The notes: generated by a model from the sequence alone, not told the origin. 64,000 bases of DNA from Epithemia pelagica (GCA_946965045.2 OX337232.1:62001-126000), one strand, 5' to 3'; counted from the first letter of the stretch, positions 10,570-20,717 are shown. Program-made: numbers and translations.

Positions 10570-12165
10570 ATGGTCCTCACCGCTGCCCAGAACACCGCTT
10601 TCTTCGAGAACCCTGATCAAATGGGCATTCCCCATGCGACAGTGGTCCAGCTTCAAGTTGAAGGGATTTCGACAATCCTTGATTTGGCCGACTTCGACTC
10701 GGAAACTCTCAAGCAGTTGGCCGAGAACCTCCGTAAGCCGGCAGGGAGAATCCCCGATCCCAACCCTGGAGCTGCCCCTGGCGCAACGATACCTACACCA
10801 CCGTTTACCTTCGGCGCGAAGTCTCAGCACCGCCTGGGCGTAGCCTGTGAGCTGGTCCGATTCTATGAAACGGTTGGGCGTGATCCATCGGCTGGTAATA
10901 TGCGTTGGACGCATGTTGTAAAGAATTTCGAGGTCCAGTGGAAGGCTTTGAAGGACCGAAAGGATGGTGACGATCCAGAAGTTCCTAAAATCACCAAGGC
11001 CCTACCGATCATCAAATGGACGGAAGCATTTCACGACTATGCCAACCGCGTGATCGGTGCGAGAATGATTCCCCTTTCATATGTCATCAGGCCCGAGGTC
11101 GATGTCCCGGTTGTTGCACCTCCCCAGGCAGCAAATAAGCCCCATTCGGAAGAACATGGTTCTGTTGAGGCGGAACTAGTTGCCCGTGCCTCACATGGAC
11201 ATGAATTATATCGTGAGGACAATGCTACCGTGTACTACAGTTTGGAAGAGGCGACGCGTGGTACGTCCTATGCCGCGTTGATTAAACCTTTCCAACGTAC
11301 AAAAGATGGTAGGGGAGCCTGGAATGCTCTCACAAATCAATATGCGGGGAAAGACAAATGGGAGTCGGAGATCAAGAAACAAGATGATCTACTCCATACC
11401 CGTATCTGGAAAGGGCAAAACAATTTTCCCCTTGAGGGATTTTTGGCCCAACACCGAAATGCATTCGTGTCTATGCAACAGTGTGCTGAGCACGTTGAGT
11501 ACCAACTGCCCAATAAACATACCCGAGTAGGGTATTTACTCGAAGGCATCCAATGTTCGGATGCTGGATTACAGGCTGCTATGGCCAGTGTGCGGACCGA
11601 TGACGGCCCGAATGGAATGCGTAATAATTTTGAAGCAGCAGTGGCACATTTACTGCCATATGACCCCGTTGCTAAGAAAAGGGCTGCTGCTGGAGCCAAA
11701 CGACAGTCGGCACAAATCTCTTCTGTCGATAATGAAACCAGTGAATCAACCGTTGCTGAGGTCAGTGGGGCCAGTGCTGGTGGTGGAAAGTCTACAGCCA
11801 AGCCGAGCATTGGCAAAACAGGCGTCCACTTTCGATACCACACACCCGATGAATATCACACCCTATCCAATGAGCAAAAGGATGAGCTCCGTGAGTGGCG
11901 CAAAGCCAATCCTCAGAAGTCGGAAGGGAAAGGCAAGAGTGACCGAAAGGCCAAACGAGCAGCACGACGCCAAATCTCGTCGGCAGTCGCAAAAGCCATC
12001 AAGAAATTGGCAAAAGAATCCCAACCGACAAATGACGACCAAGTCAGCCTCGACGCCCAGGTTGCATCCATGGTTCAGAACGCATTAGCACAAGAGGCAG
12101 ATTTGAAGCCTCCTGCAAAGAAGCAAACAACTCTTCAGTCCATCCTGAAGTCTGTTCGAAATTGA
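10570..12165 (+). CDS. gag: Gag of the copia element (531 aa)
   Basis: First ORF after the 5' LTR, upstream of and in frame with pol; no canonical CCHC knuckle seen. Confidence 0.85.
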   Translation: MVLTAAQNTAFFENPDQMGIPHATVVQLQVEGISTILDLADFDSETLKQLAENLRKPAGRIPDPNPGAAPGATIPTPPFTFGAKSQHRLGVACELVRFYETVGRDPSAGNMRWTHVVKNFEVQWKALKDRKDGDDPEVPKITKALPIIKWTEAFHDYANRVIGARMIPLSYVIRPEVDVPVVAPPQAANKPHSEEHGSVEAELVARASHGHELYREDNATVYYSLEEATRGTSYAALIKPFQRTKDGRGAWNALTNQYAGKDKWESEIKKQDDLLHTRIWKGQNNFPLEGFLAQHRNAFVSMQQCAEHVEYQLPNKHTRVGYLLEGIQCSDAGLQAAMASVRTDDGPNGMRNNFEAAVAHLLPYDPVAKKRAAAGAKRQSAQISSVDNETSESTVAEVSGASAGGGKSTAKPSIGKTGVHFRYHTPDEYHTLSNEQKDELREWRKANPQKSEGKGKSDRKAKRAARRQISSAVAKAIKKLAKESQPTNDDQVSLDAQVASMVQNALAQEADLKPPAKKQTTLQSILKSVRN

Positions 12166-15100
12166 TGGCGTCCGGCGGCTCTTATCTCCTCGCTCTCATC
12201 AAGAGGAGAGAGTGAGACAGAAGTGCTGCAGCCGGATTCAACAACGACGTGGGACCCAGGGGTGGCCCACATTTCAAATTTTCACAGCACGCGTGATGTT
12301 GCTAGCAATGTTGCGTCGGCTGCAACCCATGGTGATGACAGCGATGAGACCATGGATGACAACGAAACATCCTTCGACGGACCTCGAACGGATCTAGACA
12401 GTCACGCAAATATGCCGGTCGTAGGCCGAAACTCCTACGTGATTGAGAGGCTTGAAAGGACAGTAGATGTCAAGCCATTTTCAAATGATTACAAGGCCAT
12501 GACGGCCGAACTGGTTCATGCTGCCGTACGGTACGAGTCACCATATAACGGCAAAACGTATATTCTGGTAATACGAAACGCTATATACGTCCCAACCATG
12601 AACAACAACCTAATTCCTCCTTTCATGATGAGAGAAGCAGGAATCCATGTCAACGAAAGAGCCAAGATACACACGAGTGAGCCCACAATTGATGACCACT
12701 CGATTGTTTTCCCATCAACAGGTTTCCGAATCCCCTTGTCTCTCCATGGCGTATTCTCATTCTTCCCTTCGGACAAGCCAACAGAAGATGATCTTCAGGC
12801 TGGGTACGACACCTATGTGTTAACACCTTCTGTCTGGCAGCCTCATTCAACGGTCTATGCTGACAACGAGGCTGGGAGAGTGGATTGGGAGGGGAATATC
12901 AAGGAGCAGAGAGATTGGTCCATCCGCGTTGTGTTGGATGACTTGCCTCCAGTCGACGAATCGACAATGACAGCTAATGTGGCATCTGCTTTGGAAGCAA
13001 AATCAATTGACTGCACGTGTGGGCAAAGAGAGGCTGGCAGGCCAGAGAGGAGTAAGCGGCAAATAAGAACGGCCGATTCCCAACTCCACGAAATCTCAGC
13101 TGTGCTTGTAGAAGAAACCATGATCAATACTTTGACAGAAAGGGCAGAGTTTGGCCATGACTGCATGGCAATTGGGGCAACAGATGTGGACGAAAACCCA
13201 TATGTGGTAACGGACGATGATGACAGGTCCATGAGTGATGGCTCGCATGAGTCGGTGAGCATTACAAGTGAAATGGATCTCGATGAATTCTTTGTTTCCG
13301 GTGTGACTGCTGGTAAATCACATGGAGTGGATGCTGCGCATCTGTCAAAAGTGTGGCGAATCAGCCATGACGATGCCAAAAGGACAATACAAGCTACGTC
13401 ACAGCATAGTGCCCGTCCAACTGACCCAACTCTCACCCAAAATTATGGTACGAATGACCGCATGCTTCGATACCGCCGAATCCACGAATACTTCTACATG
13501 GATACCTTCTTTGCTACAAAGCACGGGGGTAAATCTTCTCGTGGAAACACGTGCTGCCAACTGTTTGTGACGGACAAAGGTTTCATCTACGTGGTACCGA
13601 TGAAACGTAAATCCGAGGTCATGTCTGCTGTCAAGCAATTTGCCAAGGAAATTGGAGCTCCCGATGCCATCATCTGTGATATGGCACAGGAACAGGTCTC
13701 GTCAGACCTAAGAATGTTCCTGAATGACATAGGAACGACCCTTCGCGCGTTGGAGGAAGGGACACCATGGGCGAACAAGGCTGAACTCTACATCAAATTG
13801 ATGAAAGAGGCCGTTCGCAAGGATATGCGGGAATCCCACTCCCCTCTCCCTTTCTGGGACTATTGCCTTGAGAGGAGGGTGAGGATTTACAATCTGACGG
13901 CCCGCGATTATCACAAGGTACGAGGCTCCAACCCGTACACACTGACTCTTGGGGAGGAGGGCGACATATCAAATTTATGTCAGTTCCAATGGTACCAGTG
14001 GTGTTATTTTAGAGAACACACCGCTCGATTTCCCCACAACCAAGAGGTCCTTGGACGAGTTTTGGGCCCTGCACGAGGCGAGGGAAATGAGATGGCTCAG
14101 TGGGTATTGAAGGCGAATGGACGCATTGTCCCACGGCGTTCCGTGCGTGCCTTGCACCCCGCTGAAGAAACGAGTTCCAGTGAGCAATCAAAGCGACAAG
14201 CTTTTGACGCATTGATCGAGAGGAGGTATGGGAACTCCATCAATCCTCCACTACACCCCATCTCAGAAAATTCCGAAACTTTTGATCCGTATGAAGATGA
14301 TCAAGAACCAGCTAGACCAATTCCAGAGATCGAAGACGCCGTCGACTTCAACGGTAAACTGCTGGATCAAGCACCGGTCTATGACAGGCTGATCAATGCA
14401 GAAGTCCAACTGCAGCTTGATGAACGAATGGCGAAAGGTATGGTCAAGCGTCGTGCACTGGGACCTGATGGAAAAGTATCAGGGAAATACGACCATAACC
14501 CAACAAACAACTCCATCATATATGAAGTAGAATTCGATGATGGAACGGTGAAAGAGTATGCCGCGAATGTGATTGCAGAGAATATGCTCTCACAGGTAGA
14601 CTCAGACGGAGTCACGATTCAGCTATTGGAAAGCATCATTGACTACAAGAGAGATGAGTCGGTCGCCGTGTCTAAGGCGGACAAATACGTCTACAATAAG
14701 CATGGACGACGACGGCTACGGAAAACCACAGCTGGCTGGTGGCTACTCGTACGGTGGCGCGACCAGTCTGAGTCCTGGATGAGGCTGTGCGAAATGAAGG
14801 AGTCATATCCAATTGAGACGGCAGAATTTGCGATCGCAAGAGGAATAGATGACGAACCGGCCTTCATATGGTGGGTTCGATACACCATACGACGAAGGGA
14901 TGCGATAATTGCGGCCCTGAAAACGCGTGCAAAACAAATCCGACACAAATATGGGATTGAGATTCCCACGAGTGTGGAGCATGCCAAGGAATTAGATCGC
15001 AAGAACGGAGACGATTACTGGATGAAAGCTCTCGCAAAGGAAATGTACAATGTGGGAGTTGCTTTTGAGATCCTGGAACCTGGTCAGCCTCCGCCGAAAG

Positions 15101-16680
15101 GCTGGCATAAGGTGACAGGCCATCTGGTGTGGGACGTGAAGATGGACTTTACCCGCAAAGCCAGATGGGTATTGGATGGGCACAAGACACCAGACCCTGA
15201 GGGATCCACTTTTGCTGGAGTTGTATCTAGAGAGAGTGTTCGGATTTCCTTCACCTATGCTGCGTTGAATGGGCTGGATGTCTTTGCGGCCGACATTAGA
15301 AATGCCTATCTCCAAGCGCCATCATCGCGCAAGGATTACATTATTTGTGGCCCCGAGTTTGGGCTCGAGAATGTGGGGCGAGTTGCGCTGATACATCGGG
15401 CACTCTATGGGGGAAAGACAGCCGGAAAAGATTTCCGTAACCATTTGCGGTCTTGCATGCATTATCTGAAATTCCAGTCATGCCCTGCCGACCCTGATGT
15501 GTGGATGAGACCAGCTGAGAAAGCTGATGGTACCCCATATTATGAATTTGTGCTTCTGTATGTTGACGATGCACTGGTGATCAGTGAGAATGCCGAGAGG
15601 ATCCTACGAGAGGAAATCGGTCGATATTTTGAACTCAAGGAAGAGTCCATTGGAGCGCCAACGCTCTACCTTGGTGGAAGAGTACGAAAGGTACAATTGG
15701 AAAACGGTGTGTATGCATGGGCCTTCAGTTCGTCGCAATACGTTCAAGCCGCTGTGAAAGGGGTGGAAGAATGGATAAGCAAGCGGGCTGATGATCGTTG
15801 GAAGCTGCCAGCAAAGGCCGAAACACCGATGAGATCGACATATCGTCCGGAGCTTGATGTGACCCCTGAGCTTGGTCCAGAGGAGGCATCATACTATCAG
15901 TCGTTGATTGGTGTGTTGCGATGGATTGTCGAGCTGGGGAGAGTCGACATCTGTCTGGAAGTGTCCGTAATGTCTTCACATCTGGCTCTACCAAGGGAAG
16001 GACACCTTGAGCAAGTCTTCCAAATCTTTGCCTATCTCAAGAAATACCACAATGCCGAGTTGGTTTATGATCCGAGTGATCCCGTTGTGGAGATGAGTGA
16101 TTTTGAGAGGAGAGACTGGACGGCAAGCGAGTTTGGCCATATGGAGGGTAAGGAAGAATATCCGCCAAATATGCCTGAGCCTCGCGGTATGGGTTTTGTG
16201 ATGCGAGCGAAGGTTGACGCCGACCATGCGTCGGACACTGTTACCCGCCGATCCCGCACGGGCTTCTTTGTATTCCTGAACAGTGCCCTGGTCTTTTGGT
16301 GGAGTAAGAAACAGACGAGTGTTGAGTCCTCGTCTTTCGGGTCAGAATTCATTGCCATGAAGCAATGTTGTGAGTACTTACGTGGTTTGAGGTACAAGCT
16401 CCGCATGATGGGGATTCCATGTGAGGGACCTGCTTTTATTTACGGCGACAACCAATCGGTATTAGCCAACACGACGATACCCGACTCTGCTTTGAAGAAG
16501 AAGAGCCAGTCGATTGCGTATCATTTTGTAAGAGAAGGATCTGCCAGAGACGAATGGCGGACAGCTTATGTGAACACCCATGAAAATGAGGCAGATCTGT
16601 TGACGAAACTTCTGCCGAGCGGTGAAAAGAGGAGAGGGTTTGTGATGAAGCTCCTACACCACATTTTCAGAACTGGATGA
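12166..16680 (+). CDS. pol: Pol polyprotein (protease, integrase, chromo-like module, RT, RNase H), same frame as gag after one TGA
   Basis: Protease LDSHAN; integrase core YMDTFF...ICDMAQEQ...PWANKAELYI; RT LLYVDD; RNase H VDADHA...SSFGSEFIA...GDNQSV...NEADLLTK. The frame is open from 12166. Confidence 0.95.
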   Translation, partial: WRPAALISSLSSRGESETEVLQPDSTTTWDPGVAHISNFHSTRDVASNVASAATHGDDSDETMDDNETSFDGPRTDLDSHANMPVVGRNSYVIERLERTVDVKPFSNDYKAMTAELVHAAVRYESPYNGKTYILVIRNAIYVPTMNNNLIPPFMMREAGIHVNERAKIHTSEPTIDDHSIVFPSTGFRIPLSLHGVFSFFPSDKPTEDDLQAGYDTYVLTPSVWQPHSTVYADNEAGRVDWEGNIKEQRDWSIRVVLDDLPPVDESTMTANVASALEAKSIDCTCGQREAGRPERSKRQIRTADSQLHEISAVLVEETMINTLTERAEFGHDCMAIGATDVDENPYVVTDDDDRSMSDGSHESVSITSEMDLDEFFVSGVTAGKSHGVDAAHLSKVWRISHDDAKRTIQATSQHSARPTDPTLTQNYGTNDRMLRYRRIHEYFYMDTFFATKHGGKSSRGNTCCQLFVTDKGFIYVVPMKRKSEVMSAVKQFAKEIGAPDAIICDMAQEQVSSDLRMFLNDIGTTLRALEEGTPWANKAELYIKLMKEAVRKDMRESHSPLPFWDYCLERRVRIYNLTARDYHKVRGSNPYTLTLGEEGDISNLCQFQWYQWCYFREHTARFPHNQEVLGRVLGPARGEGNEMAQWVLKANGRIVPRRSVRALHPAEETSSSEQSKRQAFDALIERRYGNSINPPLHPISENSETFDPYEDDQEPARPIPEIEDAVDFNGKLLDQAPVYDRLINAEVQLQLDERMAKGMVKRRALGPDGKVSGKYDHNPTNNSIIYEVEFDDGTVKEYAANVIAENMLSQVDSDGVTIQLLESIIDYKRDESVAVSKADKYVYNKHGRRRLRKTTAGWWLLVRWRDQSESWMRLCEMKESYPIETAEFAIARGIDDEPAFIWWVRYTIRRRDAIIAALKTRAKQIRHKYGIEIPTSVEHAKELDRKNGDDYWMKALAKEMYNVGVAFEILEPGQPPPKGWHKVTGHLVWDVKMDFTRKARWVLDGHKTPDPEGSTFAGVVSRESVRISFTYAALNGLDVFAADIRNAYLQAPSSRKDYIICGPEFGLENVGRVALIHRALYGGKTAGKDFRNHLRSCMHYLKFQSCPADPDVWMRPAEKADGTPYYEFVLLYVDDALVISENAERILREEIGRYFELKEESIGAPTLYLGGRVRKVQLENGVYAWAFSSSQYVQAAVKGVEEWISKRADDRWKLPAKAETPMRSTYRPELDVTPELGPEEASYYQSLIGVLRWIVELGRVDICLEVSVMSSHLALPREGHLEQVFQIFAYLKKYHNAELVYDPSDPVVEMSDFERRDWTASEFGHMEGKEEYPPNMPEPRGMGFVMRAKVDADHASDTVTRRSRTGFFVFLNSALVFWWSKKQTSVESSSFGSEFIAMKQCCEYLRGLRYKLRMMGIPCEGPAFIYGDNQSVLANTTIPDSALKKKSQSIAYHFVREGSARDEWRTAYVNTHENEADLLTKLLPSGEKRRGFVMKLLHHIFRTG

Positions 16681-16823
16681 AACACAGATGGGTGACGAGT
16701 GGATTACGTACGGAGCGGAACCACTCGGTTAGAATGCGGTGGACGTAGCCATGTTGGTGAACCACCCGAAATACGAAATTGTGGGAACGGTTGCAAGGTT
16801 ACCCCATGCGGTGGGATCACCTT

Positions 16824-16831
16824 GAGAGGAG
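16824..16831 (+). other. Polypurine tract
   Basis: GAGAGGAG, 3 nt upstream of the 3' LTR. Confidence 0.7.
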
Positions 16832-16834
16832 TGT

Positions 16835-16991
16835 TGAAATTGTGCATGTATCCGTGAGAGATCTAATTGTATGTCACATTGTATAACCGTTCCAAACGGT
16901 CAGCGATACGAGCCGGCCGTCTTCGCCAAACTGGACGACGACAGTAGTAGAAAATAATTTTATAATCTCTTTGAAACACGAAATTTTAGCA
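16835..16991 (+). repeat. 3' LTR (157 bp)
   Basis: Identical to 10356-10512. Confidence 0.95.
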
Positions 16992-17053
16992 AAAGTCTGT
17001 TTTTAATCCACTATTCCTTGACTTCAAAGTCTGTTTTTAATCCACTATTCCTT
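16992..17053. repeat. Right half of the split tandem array, including the TSD
   Basis: aaagtctgtttttaatccactattcctt followed by gacttcaaagtctgtttttaatccactattcctt. Confidence 0.9.
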
Positions 17054-17080
17054 AGGATAGAGATTGACTTTGGGATAGGA

Positions 17081-18088
17081 TCACGGCGGTAGGTGCTTCT
17101 TCACACGGACAGCGATACGGTTCTTCTTCTTCGAAGAGTCGTCAACATTACCCCAGCAGTCTGCCCAAAACAGCCTGTGGTACATTAAGCCAAATTCATT
17201 CAAACAATCTTGATGATAGGTGCCCAACTCATCGTCCGGGGACATATCGAAAATGTCCTTCACTGTCTCAAAATAGTCATCATCCTTGTATATCAAAAGC
17301 TGCACCTTGCTGAACTGCCGGTATTGTTGAAACACGTAAAGAGCAAAGTCCAGACACTTGCGTTTGTAGGAAATTTGGTTCGCCTGCCGGGTAATCTCCG
17401 CAACGCGTTGTGCGTGATGCTGCTTTTCCATGGCAAACAAGTGTTGCACCGAATCGTAGGCGGGAAACGGAGCCACCTGAATGGCGTTGGCACAGTCCTC
17501 CACAAGAAACCCAAAATACTGGAATTCCACCAACAAGGATTCCTTGGTAACAACCACGCTGTTGTACGGGAGAATCACTTTGCCATCCCGCATGAAATCC
17601 AAAACGTAGCGGAAGCGATCACCATCGCGGTCGATAAAAATCGGCTCACGGTTCAGTTCGGCAGTCGTTGCAGCAGCACCATCGCATTTCTCTTTCGGTG
17701 TTTCCTTGGGACCGCTGCTATCCATATCCTCGAGCAGGTCAAAGCATAGAGTTTCTTTCATTTGTTCTTCTACGGCATCCACTTGGGCCTCCGGATCGGC
17801 CGTGTCGCCACCTGTAGAATTGGAGCCATTTTTGGAGTTTTCAGCATCCTTTTCACCGGCATCCATTGCTTCTGGTTTGGTTGGTCCGTTGGAAACCGTA
17901 CCGGGTGCATCACTATTCTTCAGGGTCTGTGTCCCTACCAGTTGAGCAAGCTTGGTATCCGGAAAGCGCTCGAGAAGAGACCGTGAAATCTCATATCGAG
18001 TTCCACCCACGACAAAGCAAACGGTGTTCGACGGAGCAGCACCACTGTGGCTATCTGCAACCATGATGTCTGTTTGCTCTCGAACCAT
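17081..18088 (-). CDS. BTB3: KCTD/T1-type BTB protein, the most canonical member
   Basis: VCFVVGGTRYEISRSLLERFPDTKLAQL...IFIDRDGDRFRYVLDFMRDGKVILP...EFQYFGF with a long insertion, then YHQDCLNEFGLMY. ATG at 18088. Confidence 0.9.
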   Translation of the reverse strand: MVREQTDIMVADSHSGAAPSNTVCFVVGGTRYEISRSLLERFPDTKLAQLVGTQTLKNSDAPGTVSNGPTKPEAMDAGEKDAENSKNGSNSTGGDTADPEAQVDAVEEQMKETLCFDLLEDMDSSGPKETPKEKCDGAAATTAELNREPIFIDRDGDRFRYVLDFMRDGKVILPYNSVVVTKESLLVEFQYFGFLVEDCANAIQVAPFPAYDSVQHLFAMEKQHHAQRVAEITRQANQISYKRKCLDFALYVFQQYRQFSKVQLLIYKDDDYFETVKDIFDMSPDDELGTYHQDCLNEFGLMYHRLFWADCWGNVDDSSKKKNRIAVRVKKHLPP

Positions 18089-18166
18089 GATCTCCACGTG
18101 ATTTTTGGTTTTGTCTTTGTTTGCTCTCGTACCTTGTGATCGAGAGTATCATCCGGTTAGCGGCCG

Positions 18167-18381
18167 TTTGTTCTGTTCACTTCAAAACTTCTGATGTTGC
18201 TGGCGGTATCTTTTGTTCTGTTCACTTCAAAACGTCTTTCTGACACAAGATCCTTCTGTTCGCTTCAGATGTTGGTATCTCCTGTTCACTTCAAAACTTC
18301 TTCTGACGCAAGATCTTTCTTCACAGTTGGTGCGCTTCGGTTCACGTTGTTGGCATCTTCTGTTCAGTTTCACTTCAAAAC
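18167..18381. repeat. Imperfect minisatellite upstream of BTB3 (core ctgttcacttcaaaac)
   Basis: Exact 22-mer tttgttctgttcacttcaaaac at 18167 and 18212, partial copies at 18282 and 18370, interleaved with tctgacRcaagatc variants. Confidence 0.8.
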
Positions 18382-18739
18382 ACTGGATGTTTTTGACCCA
18401 ATAAGATCCTTTCACAGCTACTCTTACTGCGCTTCCCTAGTATTTCTAGGCGTATCATCCCTATACTAGAGTAGCTATCAGACAAAAACCTTTGGTAGTC
18501 GTGTCTTTTGTTCACCTGAAAACCTGTTCTGTCGCTGTCGGGACTTGGAACTTTCAAACGCATCTCAAAAAAGTATGCGACTGGGAGGCTCGCAGACTCA
18601 CGCCAGCCATCTGCTTCGTTCTTCACGCCACACGGTCTAGAACTCAGGGCTTCGAACACGTGGACGAAGCAGATCGGGCCGGAAACTCTATGGATCGTTG
18701 TTGTCGTCCTAGTTTCCATTGCACCTTTTTGCGCACTAA

Positions 18740-19070
18740 TACCGAAATGAACCTTTGTTTGTGGCCCCCGACAACGACGACCAACAGCACTCCATCCGAC
18801 AAGCTGCACCCATTTCATGGCAACCACAGAACATCGGCTCATCTACGACCCAAACCAGCATACTCCTCTGCTTTTTAGATCGAAGAAGAAACGTACACGG
18901 AGAGTGGACCACGTGTGGCGTTTATCGACGACAATCATTCATTCCATTTCGATGAGGACAGTACAAGCACCAACACACTTTCCCACAACGACATGTTGTG
19001 GACAAGCACATACGGAAAAGATCGTGGTGGAATTCCCAGTACTCTTTCATTTCGACAGTAACTATATTAT
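18740..19070 (+). pseudogene. Degenerate 3' fragment of the 1255-aa gene
   Basis: NLCLWPP...DKLHPFHGN...PAYSSAF followed by TAG where the intact gene reads SAFL; inverted relative to about 5630-6000. Confidence 0.85.
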
Positions 19071-19151
19071 GGAAGACACTGTTGGATTAGGAGATAAATC
19101 AGCCAGGTAACGTAATTTAAAATGATTTGTAGCCAGTGTTATCGATTCTCC

Positions 19152-20063
19152 TTACTTGTCATATTTATCCAAACTGATTTTGAAGACACTGGAATACGAG
19201 CCATTTCTTTCGATGGATTTGTAAGTCAAGCCAAAGAACGCTAGACAGTCTTGGAAATACGGTTCCAACTTCAACTTGCCTTTTGCTTCCTTGTACATAA
19301 TGGCTTTGAGTACTTCTTCCGAGATGTGTTGGTCGTCCGCGTTTTCATGGGCTGATAGCTCCAATTTGAGTTTCTTACTGTTCTTGTATTTTTGAAACAT
19401 ATGGAGAGCCAGATCCAGGCACTTACGCTTGTACTTGAGATCTTCTTGCTCCTGTTCCATCTCCTTGACACGCTCTTGGTGGCGTTGCTCCAAGGAATAG
19501 AGATATTCTACCGAATCCACAACGGAGAATCCAGATTCATTGGCTGGAAAGGGAGAGACCTGAATGGCATTGGACAAGACATGATTGGTATTATCAAAAC
19601 CGTAAAATCCAAATTCAGTCAAAAGTGATTCTTTGGTCACGACCGAACTCTTGTAAGGAAGGATCACTTTTCCGTTGCGCATGTAGTCCAAAATATAGGT
19701 AAATCGACCGCCATCCCGGTTAATCGAAATAGGATCACGATTGCTAGCTGTAGCTTTCCGGGAGATTTCTGGATCTATATGCTTTCCGGAAGAATCTTGC
19801 GCAGACTGGAGACGGATATCTCTGTGAGATGACGGTCCATGTTTGTCGGCCGCCGCCAGTTGCGTGAGCTTTGACTGTGGAAATCGATCCAACAGCGCTT
19901 CAGGAACGTCATAGGTTGTCCCTCCCACCAAGAAGGAAATACTGCGAACATAAGGACGGCGTCCGAGCAAAAAGGAAATGCTACGAGAAGCGGACCGGCT
20001 ACAACTCCAATTCATTCTTGCCAGTCTTAGGGCATGACAAACACCACTGAAAATTTTTGGCAT
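19152..20063 (-). CDS. BTB4 (303 aa)
   Basis: SISFLVGGTTYDVPEALLDRFPQSKL...INRDGGRFTYILDYMRNGKVILP...EFGFYGF, then YFQDCLAFFGLTYK. Confidence 0.9.
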   Translation of the reverse strand: MPKIFSGVCHALRLARMNWSCSRSASRSISFLLGRRPYVRSISFLVGGTTYDVPEALLDRFPQSKLTQLAAADKHGPSSHRDIRLQSAQDSSGKHIDPEISRKATASNRDPISINRDGGRFTYILDYMRNGKVILPYKSSVVTKESLLTEFGFYGFDNTNHVLSNAIQVSPFPANESGFSVVDSVEYLYSLEQRHQERVKEMEQEQEDLKYKRKCLDLALHMFQKYKNSKKLKLELSAHENADDQHISEEVLKAIMYKEAKGKLKLEPYFQDCLAFFGLTYKSIERNGSYSSVFKISLDKYDK

Positions 20064-20717
20064 GCTTTTGTCTTGCTAACGAACCACCAATTTATGGTTT
20101 GTCGCTTCCTGTCCATTCCCCTCATCTGTGGAAAGTCACGCTCGTGCTTCTTTCCTCGCTACACGCTCGTGTGGATCGTCGGTTGGCTCCACGTACGACT
20201 CACTCCTCCACGGTTTCTTTGACGACCACAGCACCTCTATTAGTTGCTCACTGCAAGTGCTGGAACGAAACATTGCGACACGTCATCCAGTTCACGATCG
20301 TACATGGTTCGTAGGCTTCCGAGGCGACGGCTATCACACACACACGGTGTGTGAGTGAACGACCGACACGGTCCACCCCGAATCCCTATTGTTGATTGCC
20401 GGAAGAGAAGAGTGAGAGAAGTCGTCTCCGTCGGCGTGCCTGCGAGCCATTCAGGTCGCATGCGATTCACGGTCTGCTACCAGCTTTCGATTCGCACCGA
20501 GAGATCCTAATCCATGATAAAGATAGAGGAATGTAATATAGGCATCGGTCTATCGGAACATCGGAACCTCGCCTGGATTACCAAACATGAATGCGTATAT
20601 CGAAGCTGACTTTCTGGTGACGGCTCTACTACTGCACTGACACGATACTCGTATCCAGAGCTAGGAATCACGACCGACACCTTTCAGTATCCATCAAGTC
20701 GGTTTCCAAGTGGATTC

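Larger units (their letters stand above)
10356..16991 (+). mobile_element. Full-length Ty1/copia LTR retrotransposon (CoDi-like), very recent insertion
   Basis: TG...CA LTRs, 5-bp TSD AAAGT (10351-10355 and 16992-16996), gag followed by PR-INT-RT-RH order. Confidence 0.97.

Noticed and set aside
12516-16406. Antisense ORFs within pol
   Set aside because: They are short, motif-free shadows of a long coding strand.
16832-16834. Alternative LTR start TGTTGAAA at 16832
   Set aside because: The 5' copy reads AGTTGAAA there. Starting at TGAAA gives equal 157-bp LTRs and an exact 5-bp TSD.
16681-16834. env-like or extra ORF in the retrotransposon
   Set aside because: Only about 150 nt separate the pol stop from the 3' LTR.
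18167-18381. CRISPR-like appearance (22-nt repeats with intervening sequence)
   Set aside because: Spacing is irregular, the spacers repeat each other, the repeats degenerate, there are no cas genes and the context is eukaryotic.
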